From the IMG/VR virus record IMGVR_UViG_3300025141_014349: a stretch of DNA of 64,000 nt; one strand, written 5' to 3'. Positions within the stretch are counted from its first letter, which is position 1, and each line of letters opens with the position of its first letter. The notes beneath the pieces are model-generated. The model was not told the DNA's origin and made no database searches. It saw only the letters and a program-made list of their open reading frames with translations. Below are positions 28,781-36,369 of the stretch, in pieces. The translations under genes were made by a program, and so were the position numbers. This DNA comes from an uncultured virus (IMG/VR IMGVR_UViG_3300025141_014349) (taxonomy: Duplodnaviria > Heunggongvirae > Uroviricota > Caudoviricetes).

Positions 28781-29761
28781 ATGAAGACAGCGATTGTAAC
28801 GGGCGTAACGGGTCAAGATGGATCTTATCTGGCGGAGTTTCTTTTATCAAAAGGATATCGGGTAGTTGGACTAAAAAGAAGAACCTCTCTAATAAACACG
28901 GAGAGGATAGACCACATCTATGAAGACACCAATCTAAAATTAGAATATTATGATTTAGATGATACAGGGTGTATATATAAATTCATACAGAAGTATGAAC
29001 CAGATGAAATATATAATCTTGGCGCGCAATCTCATGTAAGAGTATCTTTCGATATCCCCGAACATACAGTCAATACTGTTGCTTTAGGTCCCTTACGGAT
29101 TCTTGAGGCGATAAAAAATATCAATGATAAAATTAAGTTTTATCAGGCGTCATCTTCTGAAATGTTTGGAAACAATCCTAACCCACCACCACAAGGGTTT
29201 AACGAGGATTCAAAGTTGATGCCCGCATCTCCCTATGCCTGCGCGAAGGTATTTGCTCATAGTTTAGTAAGAAACTATAGAGATTCTTACGGGATGCATG
29301 TGTCTAGTGGGATACTCTTTAATCATGAGTCCCCCCGAAGAGGCGAGACATTTGTAACTAGGAAGATAACGATGGCCGCGGCTAGAATAAAACTTGGGTT
29401 ACAAAGTAAGTTGTGTTTGGGAAATTTAGATTCTCAAAGAGATTGGGGACATGCTAAAGATTATGTCGAGGCGATGTGGGCAATGCTTCAACAACCAGAT
29501 CCCGATGATTATGTCATAGCGACTGGCGAATGTTATTCTGTCAAGGAATTTTTAGAAGAAGTTTTTACATATGCTGGGATGGATCCATATGAATATTTAG
29601 ACATTGATGAGCGGTTGTTCCGCCCCCAAGAGGTTCCCTATTTGCTAGGGGATAGTTCGAAGGCACGCGCAAAATTAGGATGGAAACCAAAGTATACTTT
29701 TTCATCTCTCGTGAGAGAGATGTACGATGTGGATAGCAAGAAAGTTGAGGGGTATTTGTGA
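28781..29761 (+). CDS. gmd: GDP-mannose 4,6-dehydratase (copy 2)
   Basis: TGVTGQDGSYLAE; AQSHVRVSF; NHESPRRGETFVTRKI. Confidence 0.95.
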   Translation: MKTAIVTGVTGQDGSYLAEFLLSKGYRVVGLKRRTSLINTERIDHIYEDTNLKLEYYDLDDTGCIYKFIQKYEPDEIYNLGAQSHVRVSFDIPEHTVNTVALGPLRILEAIKNINDKIKFYQASSSEMFGNNPNPPPQGFNEDSKLMPASPYACAKVFAHSLVRNYRDSYGMHVSSGILFNHESPRRGETFVTRKITMAAARIKLGLQSKLCLGNLDSQRDWGHAKDYVEAMWAMLQQPDPDDYVIATGECYSVKEFLEEVFTYAGMDPYEYLDIDERLFRPQEVPYLLGDSSKARAKLGWKPKYTFSSLVREMYDVDSKKVEGYL

Positions 29762-30123
29762 GATTTTATTTTGAACGCCCGTGGGGGAAATATGACATCC
29801 TCTATGAGAGTGACGAGTGTAAGGTAAAAATTATAAATGTACACCCAGGAGAAAGGTTGTCTCTTCAATCTCATGACAGGCGACAGGAATCTTGGACTAT
29901 TGTGAGTGGAACTGGGAAAATGGTTCTTGGAGAGGATGAAATAGATATATGCTCTGGAGATAACATTATTATTGACAAAGGACAGAAACACAGGGTTGAA
30001 AGCACAGGCATTAATAATTTAGTGTTTATAGAAGTTCAAACGGGAGAGTATTTTGGGGAAGATGATATAGTTCGGTATGAAGATGATTATGGAAGATTGT
30101 CGAAGGAGCAGGATGATGCATGA
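29758..30123 (+). CDS. Type II mannose-6-phosphate isomerase-like cupin
   Basis: RPWG; LSLQSH..R.E.W; IEVQTGEYFGEDDIVRYEDDYGR. Confidence 0.9.
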   Translation: MRFYFERPWGKYDILYESDECKVKIINVHPGERLSLQSHDRRQESWTIVSGTGKMVLGEDEIDICSGDNIIIDKGQKHRVESTGINNLVFIEVQTGEYFGEDDIVRYEDDYGRLSKEQDDA

Positions 30124-30889
30124 ATCGATAGGCAAAGTTCCATGGACTAGAGACGACATTGGTTTTGAATTGGAAATGTTTCTAGATATCTATGACCGCC
30201 GGCCCATCACAGACAACCAGGGAGGCATGAACTCGGCACACCTATTCCCGACTTGGTTTTTATGCAAACGATTGCAACCCAGATATATTATAGAGAGCGG
30301 AGTATGGAAGGGGTTGGGCACTTGGATGCTCGAACAAGCATCTCCTTGCTCTAGTATAATATCCTTAGATCCTGTAACAGAAAACCGTCAGCACACATCA
30401 CCCGGAGTCGAATATACAACTGAAGACTTTTCGATAAAAGACTGGGATTTCATATCCAAAGAAGACAAGTCACGTACATTGTGTTTCTTCGACGATCACC
30501 AAGGGGCAGGAAGGTTGCGACAAGCACAGAACCTTGGGTTTGGGCATATAATATATGAAGATAATTATTCCGATGGAAGAGGGCATGAGGGAAAGTTTGA
30601 GTTGCCAAACGAGGACATATCTCCAAAATCTGCTCTCGCCGGTCTAAATACTACTTTGGGAGAGTGGATACGACAAAATACAGAAATTTATTATGAATTT
30701 CCGCCAGTCTATACGGCGCTGAATTCAAGCAGAGGCGCAGAGTGGGCGAATATAAGTTGGCAAGAATATTTAGATATCACGCCACGTCCCTTATTGTCTC
30801 AATACGAAGAAAAATATAAAGTGTTTTATGATGAATCAAACGGATACACTTGGTTATGTTATATAAAATTAGGAGAAAAAAAAACATGA
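30113..30889 (+). CDS. Hypothetical protein, methyltransferase-like fold
   Basis: IIESGVWKGLGTW; FFDDH; IYEDNY. Confidence 0.55.
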   Translation: MMHESIGKVPWTRDDIGFELEMFLDIYDRRPITDNQGGMNSAHLFPTWFLCKRLQPRYIIESGVWKGLGTWMLEQASPCSSIISLDPVTENRQHTSPGVEYTTEDFSIKDWDFISKEDKSRTLCFFDDHQGAGRLRQAQNLGFGHIIYEDNYSDGRGHEGKFELPNEDISPKSALAGLNTTLGEWIRQNTEIYYEFPPVYTALNSSRGAEWANISWQEYLDITPRPLLSQYEEKYKVFYDESNGYTWLCYIKLGEKKT

Positions 30890-31065
30890 AACTTTCAGAT
30901 CAAGCACAGGGCGCTCTCATGATGGCGCTACAAAAATGTCTCATGGAACAAATTGATATTGTTCCTATCTTAGAGGAGATGAATTTTATTACGGGGGAGG
31001 AGGGACACTTACATGTTGAAAATCCCCCCGTTGTAGAGGTGGAAGAGGAGGAGGGTGATGCCTAG
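30886..31065 (+). CDS. Small hypothetical protein (paralog A1)
   Basis: MKLSDQAQGALMMALQKCLMEQ...; AGGAG SD. Confidence 0.75.
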   Translation: MKLSDQAQGALMMALQKCLMEQIDIVPILEEMNFITGEEGHLHVENPPVVEVEEEEGDA

Positions 31066-31303
31066 ATACACTTATCATTGCGAAGAATGCGATAAGTATT
31101 TTGAAACATCTCATGGAATGACCGAAATCCCGTCTCTTAACTGCGAGTGCGGGGAGATCTTGGTTAAGGTACCTTCCCTTCCTTTACTATTAGAGGCCAC
31201 GAAAATTGATAGTAAAACAGGTGATGTAGTTAAGACTTCCATAGAAGAATTTAAAAAAGACTTGAAAGAGCAGCGCAAAGAAGCATCTGAGAGGGAAGTG
31301 TGA
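31058..31303 (+). CDS. FmdB-like zinc ribbon protein (paralog B1)
   Basis: MPRYTYHCEEC...CECG. Confidence 0.8.
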   Translation: MPRYTYHCEECDKYFETSHGMTEIPSLNCECGEILVKVPSLPLLLEATKIDSKTGDVVKTSIEEFKKDLKEQRKEASEREV

Positions 31304-31306
31304 ATT

Positions 31307-32035
31307 ATGATTGATAAAAAAGAAAGAAGCATCGTCAAAGCGCTTTCGTGGCGAGGATTCGCAGTGCTTATTTTAGGAATTGTTACCTACGCGGTTACTA
31401 AAGATGGGCAGCAGGCGTCGGTTATTACCATCGCTTACCATGGTGTCCAGATCGGCGCGTTTTTCGTTCATGAGAGGATCTGGAATTATGTAAACTGGGG
31501 ACGCACTCAAGGGTTATTTGTTCAGATGACAGGACTTAGCGGAGCAGGCAAAACAACGATTGCTAAGAAACTTCAACTTCGACTTCAAAAGAGGGGATTT
31601 AAGGTGGAGGTGATTGATGGCGATGAATATCGTGAAGGACTGTGTAAAGACTTAGGGTTTTCTAAGGAAGATAGGAACACCAATATTCGCCGTTTGGGTT
31701 TTGTGGGTAAAGTTCTGGCGCGCAATGATGTCATTACTATTATGTCCGCAATCAATCCTTATGAGGAGATTCGTAAAGAAGTTCGCCACCTGAGTCGACG
31801 AGTGAAGACTGTTTTTATCGATTGCGATATAGAAGAGTTGAAGAAACGCGACACGAAAGGACTTTATGCCAAGGCACTCCTCCCAGACGGGGATCCTAAT
31901 AAAATTCATAATTTTACAGGTATTTCGGATCCTTTCGATGCGCCTTTTGTGTGTGATTTAACCATTAACACTACCAATGAAGCAGAAAAACAATCTGTGG
32001 ATAGACTAGAAAAATTTATTTTGGAGAATATATAA
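31307..32035 (+). CDS. cysC: DUF2061-like membrane domain fused to adenylylsulfate (APS) kinase
   Basis: KALSWR...HERIW; TGLSGAGKTT; DGD..R..L; KRDTKGLY; FTGISDPF. Confidence 0.9.
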   Translation: MIDKKERSIVKALSWRGFAVLILGIVTYAVTKDGQQASVITIAYHGVQIGAFFVHERIWNYVNWGRTQGLFVQMTGLSGAGKTTIAKKLQLRLQKRGFKVEVIDGDEYREGLCKDLGFSKEDRNTNIRRLGFVGKVLARNDVITIMSAINPYEEIRKEVRHLSRRVKTVFIDCDIEELKKRDTKGLYAKALLPDGDPNKIHNFTGISDPFDAPFVCDLTINTTNEAEKQSVDRLEKFILENI

Positions 32036-32436
32036 TGAAAAAAAGAGCAATGTTTATTGGACGTTGGCAGCCTATGCACGATGGACATAAGTGGTTGATT
32101 AGTCAAAAGTTAGATAAAGGAATTCCCGTTCTTATCTGCGTTCGCGACATTCCACCTGACGAGAAAAACCCGTTTACCACCGAACAGACAGTTGAGATGA
32201 TCGGGGATGTATACGACGGCCGAGATGTTGAGGTTTTGGTGATATCGGATATAGAGAGCGTGAATTGGGGAAGAGGAGTTGGATATGAGACAAATGAGCA
32301 CAAACCACCTCCTGATGTAGGTTTTGTTTCGGCAACGAGCATCCGAGAGTCGATTAAGAATGGAACAGATAAGTGGAAAGAGAGTGTGGACGGAAAGATT
32401 CATGATAAAGTAATTCATTATTTAAAGGAGAATTAA
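32035..32436 (+). CDS. Small HxGH nucleotidyltransferase coupled to cysC
   Basis: GRWQPMHDGH; GRGVGY; VSATSIR. Confidence 0.8.
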   Translation: MKKRAMFIGRWQPMHDGHKWLISQKLDKGIPVLICVRDIPPDEKNPFTTEQTVEMIGDVYDGRDVEVLVISDIESVNWGRGVGYETNEHKPPPDVGFVSATSIRESIKNGTDKWKESVDGKIHDKVIHYLKEN

Positions 32437-32437
32437 A

Positions 32438-32611
32438 ATGAAATTATCAGATCAAGCGCAAGGAGCGCTTATGATGGCACTTCAAAAGTGTCTTATGGAA
32501 CAAAGCGATATTATGCCTATATTAGGAGATATGGATTTTGTTACTGATGAAGAGGGAAATTTACATGTTGAAAATCCACCTTCGTTTGAGGTAAAGACTA
32601 AGGATGCCTAA
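32438..32611 (+). CDS. Small hypothetical protein (paralog A2; missing from ORF track)
   Basis: Hand translation MKLSDQAQGALMMALQKCLMEQSDIMPILGDMDFVTDEEGNLHVENPPSFEVKTKDA. Confidence 0.75.
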   Translation: MKLSDQAQGALMMALQKCLMEQSDIMPILGDMDFVTDEEGNLHVENPPSFEVKTKDA

Positions 32612-32846
32612 GTATACTTATTATTGCGATCAGTGTAATGAGTATTTTTCAATAACTCACGGAATGACGGAATCTGCGAATCCATGCGAATGCGGTGAGG
32701 ACCTACGGAAACTTCCATCAGTGCCGCTGTCTTTGGAATCTAAAATTACTAAAAATAAAACAGGAGATGTGGTCAAGTCTTCCATAGAAGAATTTAAAAA
32801 AGATTTAAAAGCAGAGCGTCGCATTGCATCTAACAAGGAAATATAA
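32604..32846 (+). CDS. FmdB-like zinc ribbon protein (paralog B2)
   Basis: MPKYTYYCDQC...CECG; KTGDVVKSSIEEFKKDLK shared with B1. Confidence 0.8.
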   Translation: MPKYTYYCDQCNEYFSITHGMTESANPCECGEDLRKLPSVPLSLESKITKNKTGDVVKSSIEEFKKDLKAERRIASNKEI

Positions 32847-32849
32847 TTT

Positions 32850-33161
32850 ATGATATATATATTTTTGTCAATGTCCGTTATTTTAAACGGTATTTTGGCA
32901 TGGTTTGTTTATAGACTAATAGGAAAATCACTCCACTATGCAGAAAATATTAGTTTTCTTGTTGATTGTTTTAGTGATTTTGTGGCTCATTTAGAATCCA
33001 TTTATAAGATGGAAATGTTTTATGGCGAAGAAACACTGAAGGGACTCTTGGAGCACTCAAAGGGTGTGAAAGAGGAACTTGATATCTTCAAAGAAAACTT
33101 TCTTTTAGATGCGGCAGATGATAAGGAGACCTTCGATGAAGAGGAGACGACGCAGGACTAA
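32850..33161 (+). CDS. Hypothetical membrane-anchored protein
   Basis: N-terminal hydrophobic helix; acidic tail. Confidence 0.65.
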   Translation: MIYIFLSMSVILNGILAWFVYRLIGKSLHYAENISFLVDCFSDFVAHLESIYKMEMFYGEETLKGLLEHSKGVKEELDIFKENFLLDAADDKETFDEEETTQD

Positions 33162-33831
33162 TACCAGAGGGGGAAACAAACCCTATTTTACCGGTGTTCA
33201 TCAAGAGGCAATCGTTTCATACGCCTTGTCTACTGATTCTAAGGAGCGCGAGCACCTATACGTTACACTGATAGGACCTGCTTTTAGTGAGATGGTCGAT
33301 AAGATTGTGTATACATATAAGTTTACTAATCTTCCAAATATTGATGATCTTCGGGCAGAATGTAAAATTTGGCTGACCACTATTCTGAATAAATTTGATC
33401 CCGAAAAAGGTTCCAAAGCGTTTAGTTATTTTAGCGTTATAACCAAAAACTGGTTTATTCACAAAGTAAAGACAAATAGTGTCCGGGTCAAGAGAGAAGT
33501 CACCTTTGATGATTCTTCCAAAATAAAAGAATTGTCGGAACTTGTGTCTCATAATACTTATGTGGAGGATAGAGAAAAACAAGAATTTTGGGTTCAACTT
33601 GGGAAAGAGACGGATTCCTGGAAAGAGGAAGCAGTGAAACCAAATGAAAAAAAGGTGGTAGAAGCGATACAGATACTCTTATCTGAACCAGATGCGATAG
33701 AAATTTTTAATAAAAAAGCTATTTATTTATATCTACGTGAAATTACAGGGTTGAACACAAAACAAATTGTCAATAGTCTAAACAAGGTTAGGGTTAAATA
33801 TAAAAATTTTAAAATTGAGTGGGATGAATAA
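33136..33831 (+). CDS. Phage late sigma factor (gp55-like)
   Basis: KFDPEKGSKAFSYFSVITKNWF sigma region-2-like motif; AAGGAG SD. Confidence 0.7.
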   Translation: MKRRRRRTNTRGGNKPYFTGVHQEAIVSYALSTDSKEREHLYVTLIGPAFSEMVDKIVYTYKFTNLPNIDDLRAECKIWLTTILNKFDPEKGSKAFSYFSVITKNWFIHKVKTNSVRVKREVTFDDSSKIKELSELVSHNTYVEDREKQEFWVQLGKETDSWKEEAVKPNEKKVVEAIQILLSEPDAIEIFNKKAIYLYLREITGLNTKQIVNSLNKVRVKYKNFKIEWDE

Positions 33832-34136
33832 TGGAAGACAAATTTAGCAGACATCTAGAAGAGGCGATTACCAATATTCATGATGACAGAAAGGTGGCGG
33901 CAGAGTTACTTAGGGATGTATCTGAATACATTGGAAAGAACAAGGAGCGCCACAAAGACGTGGGTCAAGTAGCAGCAAAATATTTGGAGACCTTGCAGAG
34001 GTCCAACGAGCAATTGGTAAAGTTAACTGGCATGTTGCAGAAAGCAAGAATTGAAGAGTTCAGCGATCTAGACGCGAATGACAGGGAAGATTTATTTCGT
34101 TCACTCGAAGAGGGGGGATTAGGCGATGGCGGATGA
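33831..34136 (+). CDS. Hypothetical helical protein
   Basis: Coupled ORF; AKYLETLQRSNEQLVKL. Confidence 0.7.
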   Translation: MEDKFSRHLEEAITNIHDDRKVAAELLRDVSEYIGKNKERHKDVGQVAAKYLETLQRSNEQLVKLTGMLQKARIEEFSDLDANDREDLFRSLEEGGLGDGG

Positions 34137-34788
34137 TATGCTAAAGCAAACTTGTGAGTTTGAATACGGGACACTCAATCCTGCTGTTCCTCATGACACT
34201 AATCCGATGCTAGATATTAATACGTATGATCCTCTCGCATTGGTTTCCAGAGTTTGTCATGATGCTGCTTATAAAGTGGGAGACAAAAAGGACAACGCCT
34301 ATAAGGCGATTGTTATGAGAGTAGATTATAATTTCAATGGATATTGCGAGGTGAAAGCTAGGATACCAGAAAAAGATGGATGCCGACCAGAACCAGCGGA
34401 ATTCTGCGCCACCAATATCAAATCCAACTCACATTATACTATAGATATGCATCGCACATACTCTTGGTCCGGCCGCACTCCTCTTATTGGTCAGGTGGTT
34501 CTGGTCAAAATACCCGAAGATGGGTCTTACAACACTCCCGGAGAAATAATAGATTTATTGCCTGAACGCTATGTCGCAGGTAGAATAAAAAGTTCAAAAC
34601 TTGATTCTCAGAGTGCAATTCCTCCTCCCGGCAATTCACTTTCAGTGGATCCTCCGCCTGGTGATCAGCCTGGCGGACCAATGGATCCGGGATCTCAAAC
34701 TTCGCCGTTCGGGGAGCAGTTGGCTTCCGCAGCGGATGAGGCAGTAGAGGCAGCTTCAGATTATCTGTCAGGATTGTTTGGGGCATAA
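34126..34788 (+). CDS. Hypothetical protein, possible baseplate hub OB-fold fragment
   Basis: VKARIPE...PLIGQVVLV; position before the spike/baseplate genes. Confidence 0.45.
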   Translation: MADDMLKQTCEFEYGTLNPAVPHDTNPMLDINTYDPLALVSRVCHDAAYKVGDKKDNAYKAIVMRVDYNFNGYCEVKARIPEKDGCRPEPAEFCATNIKSNSHYTIDMHRTYSWSGRTPLIGQVVLVKIPEDGSYNTPGEIIDLLPERYVAGRIKSSKLDSQSAIPPPGNSLSVDPPPGDQPGGPMDPGSQTSPFGEQLASAADEAVEAASDYLSGLFGA

Positions 34789-34807
34789 AACATATTTAGG
34801 AAAAAGT

Positions 34808-35434
34808 ATGAGACTTACACAGGAACAGGCAAAGGCGCTTTTAGAGAGAATCAATACTCCCTTTTATTTATACCCTGATTTTACAGAGACTATGTTTGAT
34901 CTAATAAGGGCAATCCGTCAACAGCGCCTCCCCTTCGCCGTATACGAGACCTATAGGACCCCGCAGCGACAAAGAAAGTTAATTTCTTTGGGGTTTTCAA
35001 AGTTGAAAAATGTATACCAGAGCAAACACGTTCACGGATTGGCAGTTGATTTTTTGATTGAAAGCAAAGTTGTTACTTCTCCCAGCAAGAACAAGATTAT
35101 TGAAATGGTTAGTAAGGGGAATATAAATGATAACCCGGAGATTGCCAAAAGTAATCTTATTTACAATACTGGCGTCAATATATTGGGAACTGAAAGTAAA
35201 AAACCACGAACAATCGTGGAGGATGGGCAGGTTCTAGAGTGGTGGAAGACGCTGGGATTGCTGATAGAAAGACAGTTCCCTGACTTGGTGTGGGGGGGAG
35301 ACAAGAATATTAGCGACGGACAATTGATAGGAAGTGATCCTATGCATGTAGAATCTCGGCACGCAGATAAGTTGATGCGTGGCGGTCATACGATAAAGGC
35401 ACTGAGAGCAAACGGAAATCCAGGATTACACTAG
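34808..35434 (+). CDS. Peptidase M15 (L-Ala-D-Glu type) peptidoglycan hydrolase
   Basis: YRTPQRQ; SKHVHGLAVDF; WGG; DPMHVE. Confidence 0.8.
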   Translation: MRLTQEQAKALLERINTPFYLYPDFTETMFDLIRAIRQQRLPFAVYETYRTPQRQRKLISLGFSKLKNVYQSKHVHGLAVDFLIESKVVTSPSKNKIIEMVSKGNINDNPEIAKSNLIYNTGVNILGTESKKPRTIVEDGQVLEWWKTLGLLIERQFPDLVWGGDKNISDGQLIGSDPMHVESRHADKLMRGGHTIKALRANGNPGLH

Positions 35435-35449
35435 GGAGATAGATAAAAT

Positions 35450-36358
35450 ATGAGTGTCAAGCCAGCAGTATCAGGAGTGAATAAATCTTATGAAGCGGCA
35501 ATCGAAGAGTTGCCAAAAGATCGCCAAGGACTAACTAAGGGCGCCGCCGGTACCCAAAATATCGAAACTATTCCCACATATGTCGTGGGTGATCGGGATA
35601 CGATTTACGGAGACGAAAATAAAGCTAATGCTCAGATTGTGTGCGGAGTAGACCGACCCGCCAGCAGATGGAGCGGGTATGGTGGTAAAGGACACACTCA
35701 ATGTGGCGCCATCGATATTGTAACTGGTCGTATGTCCTATAGACCTCGTAATGTTTTTTGTGATCCATCTTTCGAAGACGATGCAGCGCGCATATACATC
35801 TCGGCGAAGACGGACGCAGATACTAATTTTGGATTAGCGCCTGGCACTGTGGGGACTGCGGACGCACGTTCGGCAGTAGTTCTCAAGGCAGATGGCATCC
35901 GAATTATAGCGAGAGAGGGAATAAAAATTTGTAGTTCTATGCACTCCAAGAATTCTCAAGGAGGCGACTTGAAGTCTATCATAGGGGTGGACATAATTGC
36001 AGGTGGCAAGACTGATGACTTACAACCACAAGTAAAAGGAAGGAACTTGACTGAGGCTCTTAACCGGGTTGTTGAGCACATCAATGGTTTGAACGGAATT
36101 GTGGATCACATGCTTACGACACAAATGAATTTTAACGAAAGTCTGACTCATCACTTTCACTATTCTCCGTGGTACGGTAACGCGACTACTCCTTCTGATG
36201 CGGTAGTGGGGAAGGGCGTTAAGACTTCAATTGATTTTTTACAGGATACTAAGAGATCTTTGGTTACTCATAAAACTAACTTGGTGAATTTTAAACAAAC
36301 TTTTTTGGAACCGTCGGGTTGTAAATATATCAATAGTCGCTGGAACAACGTAAATTAG
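35450..36358 (+). CDS. Putative baseplate central spike protein
   Basis: Beta-rich core (AVVLKADGIRIIAREGIKI), GxNL helix, THHFH metal-tip-like motif; gene context. Confidence 0.5.
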   Translation: MSVKPAVSGVNKSYEAAIEELPKDRQGLTKGAAGTQNIETIPTYVVGDRDTIYGDENKANAQIVCGVDRPASRWSGYGGKGHTQCGAIDIVTGRMSYRPRNVFCDPSFEDDAARIYISAKTDADTNFGLAPGTVGTADARSAVVLKADGIRIIAREGIKICSSMHSKNSQGGDLKSIIGVDIIAGGKTDDLQPQVKGRNLTEALNRVVEHINGLNGIVDHMLTTQMNFNESLTHHFHYSPWYGNATTPSDAVVGKGVKTSIDFLQDTKRSLVTHKTNLVNFKQTFLEPSGCKYINSRWNNVN

Positions 36359-36369
36359 AGAGAACATAG

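Noticed and set aside
12034..32436. Eukaryotic giant virus or cellular O-antigen locus
   Set aside because: SD sites, sigma70 promoters, a late sigma factor and baseplate genes indicate a tailed phage; no flippase or polymerase seen
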